In this document: positions 50,770 to 63,774 of the stretch, in pieces | How the letters are laid out: each line of letters begins with the position of its first letter | How positions within the stretch are numbered: the first letter of the stretch is position 1 | From: Octopus bimaculoides | Taxonomy: Eukaryota | Length of the DNA: 64,000 nt | Direction: 5' to 3' | NCBI RefSeq assembly: GCF_001194135.2 | Contig: NC_068982.1 | Span: forward strand, 134,420,733 to 134,484,732 | Program-made: the position numbers and the translations under genes | The notes under the pieces: generated by a model | The model's input: the letters and a program-made list of their open reading frames with translations, nothing else | Told to the model about the DNA's origin: nothing | Databases searched by the model: none

Positions 50770-51117
50770 ATAAAAGGGTAAAGACCCACTTTGCTTATGA
50801 ATGACCATGGGATTGCACCTGAAAGTTACCCTCCAAGGCACAAGTCCAGGCAAGGTTATTTATGAAAGCCCAGCAGTCGCCCATGCATACCAGCCTCACT
50901 TCTCCACACCACCGATGTTATCCAAGGGTAAGGCAAAGGCCAATACAGCTTAGCACCATTGACACCACAACTCATTTCTACAGCTGAGTGAACTGGAGCA
51001 ATGGGAAATTTAGTGTCTTGCTCAAGAACACAACACACAGCCTGGTCCAGGAACTGAACTCACTACCTAATGATTGTAAGCCCAACACTCTAACCACTAA
51101 GCCATGCACCTTCATGG
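50770..51117 (-). mobile_element. SINE family E, near full length
   Basis: Minus strand gaaggtgcatggcttagtggttagagtg head, gagttcagttcctgg B box, gtgttcttgagcaagacact CORE-like motif. Confidence 0.8.
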
Positions 51118-51129
51118 GTCTTTTATAAA

Positions 51130-51200
51130 TGTATATACACATATACATACATATGTGTGTGTGTGTGTGTGATGATGATATATACATATATACATATATG

Positions 51201-51234
<34 letters not shown>

Positions 51235-51284
51235 TGTATATATATATATATATATATACATATATACATATATACATACATACA

Positions 51285-51318
<34 letters not shown>

Positions 51319-51389
51319 CATATATACATATATGTATATATGTATATATGCATACATACATACATACATACATACATACATACATACAT

Positions 51390-51425
<36 letters not shown>
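51130..51425. repeat. Compound (TA)/(TATG)/(TACA) microsatellite
   Basis: Directly visible. Confidence 0.95.
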
Positions 51426-51426
<1 letters not shown>

Positions 51427-51476
51427 GGAAGAAGAAGTGTGGTTCCACATAGGAAAAAATATAGAAATTGTTTTCA

Positions 51477-51988
51477 GGGCTTGAAAATGCACCTGAATTT
51501 GAAAATGTGTAGTTGTTTTTAAATAAATTTATTCACATACATACCAAACTAGTTTCAACAATTTTTTGTTTATCAATGGTACAAATGTATATAAAACAAG
51601 GGGAACAAACATGTTTAAACAATCAAATGTTCACATAAAATTTAATGAGTTTCGCAGTGATAGATAATATCAAAGTAAATGTTTGCTGAAGAATATCACA
51701 AATGTACATTACTAAAAGTTTGGTTATATTGTGTTTTTATAGAATACATGAACAAAAGGGAGTTAAAAAAAGTTTTTTTTTTACAGTTTCTTTCATCATG
51801 TGTGTAGTTCTTTTTTCTGTCACGTACTAGGTTCTTTGCTTTTAATGGTGTGTTTTGGGGTTTGCCTTTTTATATACCTTTGTACCATTGATAAACAAAA
51901 AGTTGTTGAAACTAGTTTGGTATGTTTGTGAATAAATCTATTTAAAAACATTTACGTGTTTTTCAAATTCAGGTGCATTTTCAACCCC
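51477..51988. mobile_element. Foldback MITE with ~120-bp TIRs
   Basis: ttgaaaatgcacctgaatttgaaaa...caaactagtttcaacaa...ggtacaaa pairs with its reverse complement at 51865-51988; GGG/CCC ends; no clear TSD. Confidence 0.85.
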
Positions 51989-52959
51989 CAAGAACAAATT
52001 CTCCTACACACATACACACACACATCCCATGCCAGCAGAGAAAACAGATGTTAAATGGTGATGATGATATATATTTTTCAGACATACATACATACATACA
52101 TACATATATATGGTGCATATTATTTTTTAATCTTTGAAGAATTAAGGATTCGGAGATTCTATACATTTTTTTCTACATGTATTTATTCCTTTGTAATTTC
52201 TACCCTGTAACGAAACATGTGTAACATGGAATTTAAAGTATAGCACATTTCCAGTTTTCTTTGAATTGTGTGTGTGTGGGGGGGGTGTATAAAGAGCCAC
52301 TTCTATCTTTCTTTCTCACCTTTCCCACCTCCACACTGATATTTCCCACCAACCTTACCACCTCCCTTGTTCACTCACTACATTCACCTCTACCCTCACC
52401 TCTAACCATTTGTTTCTCTCTTTTCACACTCTTATGAAATTAGCCTCTACCCTGTCCCTCTTCTATTCAGACTACACATTCTCTCATTTAAACACACTTT
52501 CTTGTACCTTAAGAGTTCACTCTGACACCTTGTCATCTTCTTTCCAACTACTCCTACCCTTAAACAGTCTGAGGCGGCCATGTATTTCTTCTACAGCAAG
52601 ACATCTGCACCTGTCCTGATGTCATACTATAACTCCTCAACACCTGGCATAAAGCCACCTCCCCCTCTCTCAAATACACTCCTTCATGCACTCAGTAGAG
52701 GGTTCTTTTTCATTTTCTATTTTTGTCTGGGAGGTTACAGGGTAACTTCACTGACGTCAGGGGCACGTAAAAAAGCACCCTGCATACACTCAGTAAAATG
52801 GTTGGCATTAAGAAGAGCATCCAGCTTTAGAAACATTGCTAAAGCTGACATTGTAGCTCAATGCAGTCCTGCAGTTCGTCAGTTCCTGTTGAACCAACCA
52901 GCCAATTCATGCCAGCATAGAAAACAGACAATAAATATTGATGATGATAACTATGACAC

Positions 52960-52961
<2 letters not shown>

Positions 52962-53044
<83 letters not shown>
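52962..53044. repeat. (TG)n microsatellite, about 41 units
   Basis: Directly visible. Confidence 0.97.
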
Positions 53045-53046
<2 letters not shown>

Positions 53047-53299
53047 GTATCTACATTGATTTATGCTTTCAAAGTTTTTGCTTGCCATATTTTGATTATT
53101 TGTTGTTGTATTTTGTAACACTGAAAGAGAATCCCAAGAAAAATTTGTGTGGTAAAAATAGATTGCAAAGGAATAAGGTTTATTAAACAATGCATTATAC
53201 TACTGGAGATGAATTAATTTATTTTATATTTTCTGTCTGAGATTTATAATATGAGAAATATTTTTAATGCAAGTCCAGATATAAAATCTTAAAATCAAT

Positions 53300-53690
53300 A
53301 GGTGCAGAAGTGGCTGTGTGGTAAGTAGCTTGCTTACCAACCACATGGTTCCGGGTTCAGTCCCACTGCATGGCATCTTGGGCAAGTGTCTTCTACTATA
53401 GCCTCAAGCCAACCAAAGCCTTGTGAATGAATTTGGTAGACAGAAACTGAAAGAATCCCATCATATATATGTGTATATATATATGTATGTGTGTATATAT
53501 GTTTGTGTGTCTGTGTTTGTCCCCCACCCAACATCGCTTGACAACCGGTTCAGCAAAAGGGACCGATAGAATAAGTACTAGGCTTACAAAGTGTAAGTCC
53601 TGGCGTCGATTTGCTTGACTAAAAGCAGTGCTCCAGCATGGCCACAGTCAAATGACTGAAACAAGTAAAAGAATAAAAAAATAAAAGAAT
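53300..53690 (+). mobile_element. SINE family A, full-length reference copy
   Basis: A box-like tggctgtgtgg, B box ggttcagtccc, internal TA/TG microsatellite, tail gactgaaacaagtaaaagaataaa. Confidence 0.9.
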
Positions 53691-53699
53691 GAAGGAATT

Positions 53700-55330
53700 A
53701 TCATCATCTTCATCATCATTGGTTAATGTCTGCCTTCCATGCTAGCATGAGTGGGATGGTTTCACAAAAGCCAGCTCGGCCGAAGCCTGAACCAGACTTC
53801 TGTGACTGTTCTGGCAGGATTTTTACAGCTAGATGCCCTCCCTAACACCAATAACTCAACTGAGTGGACTTAGTGCTTTTTACATGGCACAAGCACAGGT
53901 GAGGTTAGTTTTGGCAAGGTTTTTACAGCTGGATGCCCTTCCGAATACCAACCACTTCACCGTTTAGACTGGGTGCTTTTTCAGTGGCACCTGCACTGAT
54001 AGGGTCACCAAGTACTTGCAAGACAAAAAAAAAACACTTTCAAGAGGAGAGGAAGCATGGGAGGAGGTGATCTTGTGTTGGATGATGAAAAGGTTATAGT
54101 GAGACAGTTACAGGCATCTAGCCGTAGAGGAAATACAAGGTTACCTGGCCGGAGAGAGAAAGATCAGGAATGAAGACAAAAAGAGGTGTGCTACTGCAAA
54201 GGAAATACACAGTTAGCCAACCCGAGGGAAGTGCAGGAGAAGGAGAGAGAGAGTGGGAGACAGCAGGATAGAGATGGTGGCAAAATGCCAGGCATACTCA
54301 CAAGGAACAAGGATCAGAATATAAATGGGATGATTGAGTAAAAGAAGGGAGAAGTATAGATGGTGGTAAGTGCCAGGGCATACCCTTGAGGTTTGAAGGT
54401 CATAATATAAGTGGCAAGATATTGCGAGGGAGTGTGATTAAATAGTGTGAGTAAGAGGCAAAAGGCCTGGGTATGTATGGAGTTGGGGGGGGCTACTGGA
54501 TAGCAATGATACAGAGGAACAGGGGTGTGAGGACAGGATTGGGGAGTGAGAGCTAGGCATAGTGTACGAAGGAGTTATGTGCGGGTGGAATACACAGATC
54601 GGGGGGGCTAGCAGATAGATGGCAGAGTGGGAACACACAGGTCAGGGGCAAGTGGAGAGCAATGTTACAGTGGTGCAGGGCCAAGAGGGCAGGATTGGGG
54701 AGTGGGAGGTAATCAGAGTACATGAAGCAGAAATGTGAGGAAGAAAAGGGATATAGAGACATAGTTTGGTTTGTTGTGGTAGAGTGTGTGAGAAGTTTTC
54801 TTAAGTGTGGGTGGGACACACAACACTTCTAGAACTCAGTTTCACTGATGTGAGCAGGTCTTCTCAAGAACTTCATATAGCCAGACATCTCAGTCCATTT
54901 TCATTTCCTCTCTGAAACCTAACTTCCTCAGATGTCTTCCTGGGTCTCCCTCTTCTATGGGTACCATCCATTTTCAGTGATCGGCACTTCTTTATACAAC
55001 TGTCTTCATTCATATGCATCACATATCCAAGCCAAAGCAGTCTTCTCTCTTGCACGCCACATTTGATTCCTCTTATGCCCAACTTTTCTCTCAATACATC
55101 TGCACTTTTGCTGTTCATGTGCACTGATGTACCAGATCCAACGGAGCATACTACCTTTGCTTCTCTCCAGTCTATGCATGTCTTCTGCATTCAAAGCCCA
55201 TATCTCACTACCATGGCATATAGCTGTTTATACACAAACATCATATAGTTTACCTTTCACTCTGAGAGTCCTTTTGTTGCCAACAGAGGTAATAGCTCTC
55301 TGAACTTCCTCCACCCAATTCATATATATC
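53700..55330 (-). mobile_element. RTE LINE 3' portion (ORF2 C-terminus plus long 3' UTR)
   Basis: ORF 54873..55190: LREKLGIRGIKCGVQERRLLWLGYVMHM...RRGRPRKT; (GAT)n tail near 53700. Confidence 0.85.
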
Positions 55331-55361
55331 TTCTATTGTGTTATTCAAGTCCTATTTTTGT

Positions 55362-55413
<52 letters not shown>

Positions 55414-56364
55414 TGCATACATACATATGTATGTATATAGAGATATAGACAGACAGATACATATAGATACACACAAACACACATATGTAGATAGACAGAT
55501 AGATATGTGTATATATGAGTGAGTGAATAAGTGAAATAAGGTAGCACTCAACATATTTTGGTTGGAGTTAAATGTTTTTATTAATCGTTTAATTCAGTTC
55601 CACATTATAGTTCCGAGGACAGGGATCACATCTACCTCATCAAAGACAGAGTGAAAAGAATTTGAGGGAAATTTAAAATGGCTTCTTCATATTTATGTTT
55701 CCATTGGTCAGTTCATATCACATGGTTGTGCTTTTTACTATCACAGCAGCATCAGTTATTTTTTATTTTTGTTAGATCAACATGGTGCTGACAGAGTGTT
55801 GACATACTTTGTTGACATTCAGTGACACCAGCTTTTTACAATGGATATCACACATGGTAAGGAAGACAAGATGTCATTTAAGTCATTGCTCTGTAGGGTG
55901 TGGTACTTTAGTAAAGACAGTTATTGTGATGGATGTGGAAATAATTGATTCAATGGTGACATTATAAACCAGTTCAGTGCCCGACATTAGTTTCTCTCAA
56001 GACAACTACTGCTGTGAAATTGCTTCTAATAGAACATCCATGTTTGAGTGGGGATAAATATGACATTAGCAGGTTATCTTTATGGGCAGCAGTATACTCT
56101 GCCAGTGTATGTGTGGATCAGCTAAGCCTGGAGTGGTATATCTGGGATGTCAGTAGCCAAAACCTTGAAGTTCATTAATAGGGTATACCTATGGTGGAAA
56201 CAAAAAGATCTACTATTTTCTCTATTGATGGATACTGCAGGTTAATAGTGTATATGCAGTTTCTCATAGAGGAAGAATTGGAAATTGCAAGTAAAGAATA
56301 GCCTTGTTAAGAATGTTTCATGCTTTGTTAAAATCTGGTGCAACTCTTATTTCATTATTACCCA

Positions 56365-56580
56365 CAAGGAGCTAAACATAGAGGGGACAAACAAGGACAG
56401 ACAAAGGGATTAAGTCGATTACATCGACCCCAGTGTGTAACTGGTACTTAATTTATCGACCCCGGAAGGATGAAAGGCAAAGTCAACCTCGGCGGAATTT
56501 GAACTCAGAACGTAATGGCAGGCAAAATACCACTAAGCATTTCGCCCAGCATGCTAACGTTTCTGCCAGCTTGCTGCCTT
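56365..56580 (-). mobile_element. SINE family C, low divergence
   Basis: Reverse complement of 7035-7262. Confidence 0.85.
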
Positions 56581-56813
56581 GAAAATCTGGTGCAATTCTG
56601 TCGAAGGTTTTTCTGTCCATTGATAGATTTGAGATTCTTCTGTTAATGTCAATAATTAGATTTCTAATTACAATAATTAGGTTTCTAAACACAGCTGGGG
56701 TAGGGGTGGAGTGTTTATAAATATAAACAATTTCCTTGTTGGGCTTTCTAAAAGGATAGTACTTGCCTATCCTAATGTCTTGGGTTACATCCAGGAAGTT
56801 GCTCTTTGTTTAA

Positions 56814-57015
56814 CCCTTTAGCATTCAAATTATTCTGCCAAATGTAATGCTTATTTAATTACATTGTTTTGAATTAATCATGCATTATCTCATAGCTATG
56901 AAATTTTAATGATTTGATTGTATGTTTTTAGTATGATGAGGCCAAATCTAGCCAGTTTGAAAGGAAAACTGGTAAAACATTTGGGCTGGGTATAGCTGGT
57001 TCAAATGCTAAAGGG
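56814..57015. mobile_element. piggyBac-type MITE family 2
   Basis: TTAA|ccctttagcatt ... aatgctaaaggg|TTAA: perfect 12-bp TIR. Confidence 0.9.
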
Positions 57016-57479
57016 TTAATTAATAGTAACAGTCATAGATAAGCTGAATTCTTTGAAGATGTGTATAAGATTTTTCCTGACCATTCAAATGACATGAGGT
57101 TGTAAGACTGTCAGACTTATACAGAGCCAAACATTATGTGTATGCATATCTTTTTTGGGGAACTAGGAAAAATAACACAAGGTCATTGACCTCAGCCTCC
57201 CCATTGTACACCTTGTGGATATGTGTTGCTGTTGCTATTATTTAACCCCTGGACAATCCTGATTGAGAAAACATATTCTCAAAGACATTCCAACCAAGGA
57301 CATTTTAACATTTTTTTCAGACATTGTGTGCCTAAAAATATTTTATCCCATGTGTCCTTACTTTTTCCTTTTTCTCGTTTTTTTGAAGATGATAATAGGG
57401 TATCATTTGAAGAATATTTGACTGCTTTTTCCTGCACATAGAAGTTCACTCTGTGTTGTGACAGTAAGCGAAATGCTGT

Positions 57480-58660
57480 TTATAAGACATATAGTGATAT
57501 GTAGTTTTAGTAAGTAGAAAAGCAGACAAATCACAAATCCCTTAAGGTAGATTACCCTGCTCGGTCAGTAGAAACTCCATACGATGTACCTGGTGCAAGC
57601 TATGGACACATAAGGGGTGGAGCAATACCAGAGAAAGATTAACTGAGAAAATAGTTTCTGTGTGAAAAAGGTGCACAGGTACAATAAACACTAAAAATGT
57701 ACAGAAAATAGATTCCATCAACTGCCAGGTGGGTAAGCTAGAGGTAGTTGATAGCTTCTGTTATCTAGGTGACCAAGTCAGTAGTGGAGGTGGATGCTCT
57801 GAGAGCATAGCTGTGAGAATAAGAATAGACTGGGCAAGGATCAGAGAGCTCCTACCTCTGCTGGCAACAAAGGGCCTCTCCCTCAAAGTGAAAAGCAGAC
57901 TGCATGATGCCTGTGTGTGAACTGCTACACTACATGGCAGTGAAACATGGGTTGTGACTACCAAGGACGTGTAGGCTTGAAAGAAATGAAGCTAGCATGC
58001 TGCGGTGGATGTGCAATGTCAGTGTGCATGTACAACAGAGCGTAAGCATCTTGAGAGAAAAGTTGAGCATAAGAAGCATCAGATCTGGTGTGCAAGAGAG
58101 ATGACTGCACTGGTATGGTTATGTGATGCGTAGTGATCGAGATCTTTAGTGAAATGCTGTACTTGAGAAGACCCGTCAAGGCAAGTGAAATCACACTCAT
58201 GGCCAATGCTGGTGTCATGTAACTGGCACCTGTGTCGGTGGCACATAAAAAGCACCTTTCAAGTGTTGGGCCTTACGGTGGCAATTTGGCCAATGCCAGT
58301 GTCTCATAACTAGCACCTGTGCTGGTGGCACGTAAAAAGCTCCTTTCAAGCATTGGGCCTTGCGGAGGCAATGACAAATGGTTGCGACCTTTAGCATTAT
58401 GCCATGCTTGAGAAGAAGACCCTTCAAACCAAGTGAAACCATAGTCATGGCAGATACTGGTATCATGCAACTGGTACCTGTGCCATGTAAAAGCACCCAT
58501 TACACTCTTGGTGTGGTTGGCATTAGGAAGGGCATCCAGCTCTAGAAGCCATACCAAATCAGACTAGTCTGGTGTAGCCCCTCAGCTTGCCAGCTCTGGT
58601 CAAACCATCCAACCCATGCCAGCATGGACAATGGACATTAAAAGATGATGATGATGATGG
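57480..58660 (+). mobile_element. RTE LINE 3' portion with PHD-like finger inside the RT region
   Basis: RNSIRCTWCKLWTHKGWS...*KRCTG...LEVVDSFCYLGDQVSSGGG...GSETW...; family B tail. Confidence 0.85.
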
Positions 58661-59094
58661 ATTAAAATGTTTGTACATATAGTAGCTCCTTTGCATTTAG
58701 CAGCTTCTACTGTGGGGTGTGGCAACTCCCATGCCCCAGATATATGTGCAGTTCTCTAAAGTGGGACCTGATGCTTTTCTTCTTCCAGATATGTGAGCAG
58801 TACTCTAATGGAGGTTAGCAGTTTTCTTGTCCTAGATATTTCAACAGTACTCTAATGGCATGGTAACTCTCTTGGCCCAAATACACAAGTAGTTCTCTTA
58901 TACATGTGTGTCATGGCTCTTTTGTCCCAGATATACAAGTAGTACTCTAATAGGATTGGCAGTTTCCTGGTCTCAGCAATAGTTTTGCTATATATTTTTA
59001 GAATTTCAAACTTTAAAACAGGATTTTGCTTTTAAGCTTTCTTTGCAAAGTGGATCAGTTATTTTTTTTACATGATTTCTATCTTTTATTTTTT

Positions 59095-59460
59095 TTTTAT
59101 CTTTTACTTGTTTCAAGTCATTAGACTGTGGTCATGCTGGGGCACCACTTTGAAGAGTTTTTTGTCGAATGAATTGACCCCAGTATTCATTTCATTTTTT
59201 TTTTAAAGCCTGGTATTTAATCTATCAGTCTCTTTTGCTGAACCGATAAGTTATGGGACATAAATGTACCAACACTGGTTGCCAAGTGACAGTGAGGAAC
59301 AAACACAAAGACACACACACATACACATATATAGGACAAGCATCTTTCAGTTTCCATCTACCAAGGCTATAGTAGAAGACATTTGCCTAAGGTGCCATGC
59401 CGTGGGACTGAACCTGGAACTATGTGGTCAAGAAGCAAGCTTCTTACGACATAGCCACAT
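59095..59460 (-). mobile_element. SINE family A, diverged
   Basis: Colinear with family A, with deletions. Confidence 0.75.
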
Positions 59461-60806
59461 CACCAGCTTCAACATATTTTTTTAGAATGTTACACTTCAA
59501 AACAGAATTTTTTTATAAACTTCCAAGCAAAGAATACCAATGATTTTTTTTTTCACCTGATCTCCATAATCAACATCACCTTTCCTCCTTTCATGGTTGA
59601 TTAAAAACATAAAATTCCAGGGAGATGAATTGGTTAAACTGCAAAAATGTCAGACCAGATACCTTGTGGTGTTTACTCTGGCTCTTTGTGTTTCGAGTTC
59701 AAATCTTTCCATGGCTTACCAACTTGAGTGGGAGACTTAATTCATTGCCCAGTTTAGCACCGTCACCTGGATCCTCGGATGCCTTTCACAGAGCACAGAG
59801 CATTTGGAACCAGGGTTCCAGTTTGAACATACCTTTCTTCTTCCCTTCCCAGCACCAATCTTAGAAACTCTGTGAATGGTTGTAAGCTTCACTAAAAGAT
59901 AACTTATATATAAAAAAAAAAAAATAATTTAGTGTGTCATAAAGTTAAAAGGATTGAGAACCACTAGTCTGATCTAGAGGGCCATGGAGGAAGAGAAGGA
60001 AGAGGAGGAGGAGGAAGAGAAGAAAATGATAGTGATGATGATGATGTCATTGGGAAAGTGATGTTGATGACAACAATAATCTCGAGCAGCAGCAGCAGTA
60101 GTATTTGTAATAAAAATACTTTTAAAAGTGGAGCTTGTTTTTTTTACTCAGCCTCTTTTAATCACTTCACACACACGCACATTCTAATATATAAACGCAC
60201 GCGCACACACACACACACACACTTCTTTACTCAATCCTTTTCTCATACCCAAGTGCAGATAGATACTCACACACATGTGCACACACACACACACACAGAG
60301 TCATTGAGATAACACACGCACACACGATCATGCACTCATTTCTTTGCTTAGTCCCTTGTTCTCTTCCATGCGCATGCGTGCAGAAACACACACACACAAC
60401 ACGTACAATCACCCTCTCTCCTTCTCTCACCCTCTCACACACACATGCACTAAAATTTTTCTATATTTACATGTATATTTTTTATTAACTTTGTTATTTC
60501 TTTTCATACAGTGAATTTATATATTTTATCATATTTATCTATTTTGTTTCAGCTTTGGCAAAGTTTCAAATTCTACCTTCTGCTGTTGATGCTTTTAGGC
60601 AATGTTAGCTGATGTTACATAAGTTTTGCATGGGGAAACAAATTAATTTGCTGTTATTTACTCATCGACACTCATCTCATACTCACTCTAGTCACCTTTT
60701 TTTTTCTTTTCATCTTACATCCCTCTCACACCTATTTCATCTCTCTTTCTCACTCTCTATCTATCTGTTTGTTTTTCAGTCTATATCTATCTACCTACCT
60801 ACCTAT

Positions 60807-60838
<32 letters not shown>

Positions 60839-60974
60839 CTACTTATCTCTCTCTCAATCTACCTACCTACCTATCTCTCTCTCTATATCTCTCTACCTAT
60901 CTACCAACCTTTCTCTCACTATCTATCTACCTACTTTTCTCTACTTACCTGTCTATCTATCTATCTATCTATTG

Positions 60975-61200
60975 TATAATGCCTGTCTGCGTACAGGTAT
61001 GCTTCATGTCAGTGAAACATGGGCTTTGACTACAGAGGACTTGTGGAGGCTTGAAAGAAATGAAGCCAGTGTGCTCTGCTGGATGGATAATGTCATTGTG
61101 CATATATGACAGAGTATAAGTGAATATATGGTATATGAGGCATCAGATGTAGTGTGCAAGAGAGAAGACTGTGCTGGTATAGCCATGTGATGTGTATGAA
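60975..61200 (+). mobile_element. RTE ORF2 C-terminal remnant
   Basis: [37 protein letters not shown]. Confidence 0.75.
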
Positions 61201-61745
61201 TTAAGACACTTGCATCTATCTATCTATCTATCTATCTATCTCTCTACCTGTCTATCTGTCTGTTGTTTCTGTTAGCTGTTTTATTTTGTCTTTGGTTTTG
61301 CTATTCTTTAAAAGCCTTGTGATGAAGAATATTTATGTGAGAGTATATTTATACACAAGCATTCACACTGGTGCTGCTGTCACGAAAACGCACTTGGGAT
61401 CATATCACGAAAAAGCACTTGTGATCATGTCACATAAAAAAGCAGTGAGGCCAGTGTCAGGTAAAGAGCATTGCTGATGGTGCCACATAAACAGCACAAG
61501 TACTGCTGCCAAGTAGAAAGCACTGGTGCTGCTGACATGCAAAAAGCAACCAGTACACTCTGTAAAGTGGTTAGTTTTATGAAGGGCGTCCAGCTGCAGA
61601 AACCATGCTACAATAGACAATGAAGCCTGGTGTAACTCCCACCCAGCCTTACCAGTTCCAGTCAAACCAACCAACTCATACCAGTATGGAAAACGAACTT
61701 TAAATGATGATGGTGATGATGATGATAATATATAAAAGTGCAAGT

Positions 61746-61924
61746 GTGGGTGTGTAGTTAAGAAGTTTGTTTTTCAACCACATCGTTTCTAGTTCTATCC
61801 CACTGCATTGCACCTTGGGCAAATATCTCTTTACTATATAACCCTGAGCCCACCAAAGCGGATTTAGGAGAGAAGAACTGAAAGAAGCCTGTTGTATATA
61901 TGTATGCATGTATCCATGTGTATA

Positions 61925-61974
<50 letters not shown>

Positions 61975-62212
61975 GTCCCCTTTGTCTTAGTATCATGCAG
62001 TGGTGTCCTTAATGAGTATCCCCATCATACAGTCAAAGTCATTTGCTTCCAGTCTTCTTTGAGAAACGTGTTTAGCCATTGGAAAATATTACCTTGTTTG
62101 GAAACGGGTGAGGATTGTTGACAGGAAGGGTGTTTGGCCATAGGAAATCCATTTCATGAATTCTATGTAACCTATACAAACAAAGAAATCTGGACATTAA
62201 AATGATGATGAT
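61746..62212 (+). mobile_element. SINE family A head with RTE-like tail
   Basis: Family A head, (TG)n, aggaaggg...ggacattaaaatgatgatgat tail. Confidence 0.7.
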
Positions 62213-62214
62213 AT

Positions 62215-62372
62215 GATATCATCATCATCATCATCGTTTAACATCCGCTTTCCATGCTAGCATGGGTTGGACGATTTGATTGAGGACTGGTGAAACCGGA
62301 TGGCAACACCAGGCTCCAATCTAATTTGGCAGAGTTTCTACAGCTGGATGCCCTTCCTAACGCCAACCACTC
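62215..62372 (-). mobile_element. Family B element, young copy
   Basis: Near-identical to 2795-2944. Confidence 0.85.
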
Positions 62373-62797
62373 ACACTTACATACATACAATGTAGGCAGG
62401 GTTATAATCGTAGCTGTGTCCTCTTGAATCACTTATTCCAATCCTCCAAAGTTGTATGTAGATGTTATATTTGTGTGAGATATGCATAAAAGTGGAAAAA
62501 TACTGGAAAATATTTTTTGCAGATTAATTACATATCAAAACAGGAAATTGGAAAACATTTTTGGTATTTGCAGCTTTTCATATCAGAATATTGCTCTCTT
62601 TAAGATGGTCCCAAGTGCACCGATTACAAGGGTTATCCCACTCACTTTTGAGGCTCTATAGATGTGTTTCACTTCCAGTGCCCAGTCTTGGTATTTCAAC
62701 TTTCTCTTTCCCTGTCTTCACACTAGCTACGTCGGTGAAGATCCATTCTTTGGACTTATTATTATTATTATTATTATTATTATTGTTATTATTATTA

Positions 62798-63010
62798 AGG
62801 TGGCGAGCTGGCAGAATCATTAGCACACCAGGCAAAATGCCTAGCAGTATTTCGCCTGTCACTATGTTCTGAGTTCAAATTCCGCCGAGGTCGACTTTAC
62901 CTTTCATCTCTTTGGGGATCGATGAATTAAGTACTAGTGAAACACTGGGTTCAATGTAATTAACTTGTTCCCTCCCCACAGATTTGAGACCTTGTGCCTG
63001 AAGTTGAAAG
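62798..63010 (+). mobile_element. SINE family C
   Basis: ggcgagctggcagaatc head, gagttcaaattccgccgaggtcgact. Confidence 0.85.
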
Positions 63011-63054
63011 GATTCTTCTTCTTCTTATTATTATTACTATTATTAAGGCAGTGC

Positions 63055-63400
63055 TGCCTGACTAGCTCCTGTGCCAGTGGCACATAAAAAAGCACCATTC
63101 AAGCGTGGTCAATGCCAGTGCTGCCTGACTGGCTCCCATGCCAGTGGCACGTAAAACGCACCATTCAAGCATGGTCGTTGCCAGTACTGCCTGACTGGCC
63201 CTTATGCCAGTGACATGTAAAAAGCACCCACTATACTCTGAGTGGTTGGCGTTAGGAAGGGCATCCAGCTGTAGGAACTTTGCCAGATCAGATTGGAGCC
63301 TGGTGCAGCTTCCTGGCTTGCCACACCTCAGTCAAACTGTCCAACCCATGCCAGCATGGAAAGCAGATGTTCAACGATGACAATGATGATGATGATGATT
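63055..63400 (+). mobile_element. Family B RTE-type element
   Basis: Three ~66-nt units, (GAT)n tail; followed by a family C SINE (63410-63610). Confidence 0.85.
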
Positions 63401-63609
63401 GTGATGAATGAGCTGGTAGAATTGTAAGCCCACCAGGCAAAATGCTTAGTGGCATTTCATCTAATTTACATTCCGAGTTCAAATTCTGCCAAGGTCGACT
63501 TTGCCTTTCATCCTTTTGGAGTTAGTAAAATAAGTACCAGCTAAGCACTGGAGGTCAATGCAATCAACTTACTCCCTTCCTCAAAATTGCTGGTCTTGTA
63601 CCAAAATTG

Positions 63610-63750
63610 GAAATCATTATTATTACTATTACTATTATTATTACGATTACTATTATTATTACTGTTATTATTATTATTATGATTATAATTATTACTGTTA
63701 TTATTATTACTATTATTAGTATCATTATTGTTATTGTTATTATTATTATT
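63610..63750. repeat. Degenerate (ATT)n microsatellite (expanded SINE C tail)
   Basis: Directly visible; explains poly-Ile ORF 63607..63813. Confidence 0.9.
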
Positions 63751-63774
63751 GAGTTACTACTTTTGTTGTTAAGA

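Noticed and set aside
55776-55856. 81-nt exon-like segment (ttttgttAG ... ATG|GTAAGG)
   Set aside because: Stop codons in all three frames and no linkable gene; cannot be supported without transcripts.
63055-63240. CRISPR-like repeat array
   Set aside because: Eukaryotic DNA; the units are contiguous tandem repeats without unique spacers and lie inside a retroelement.
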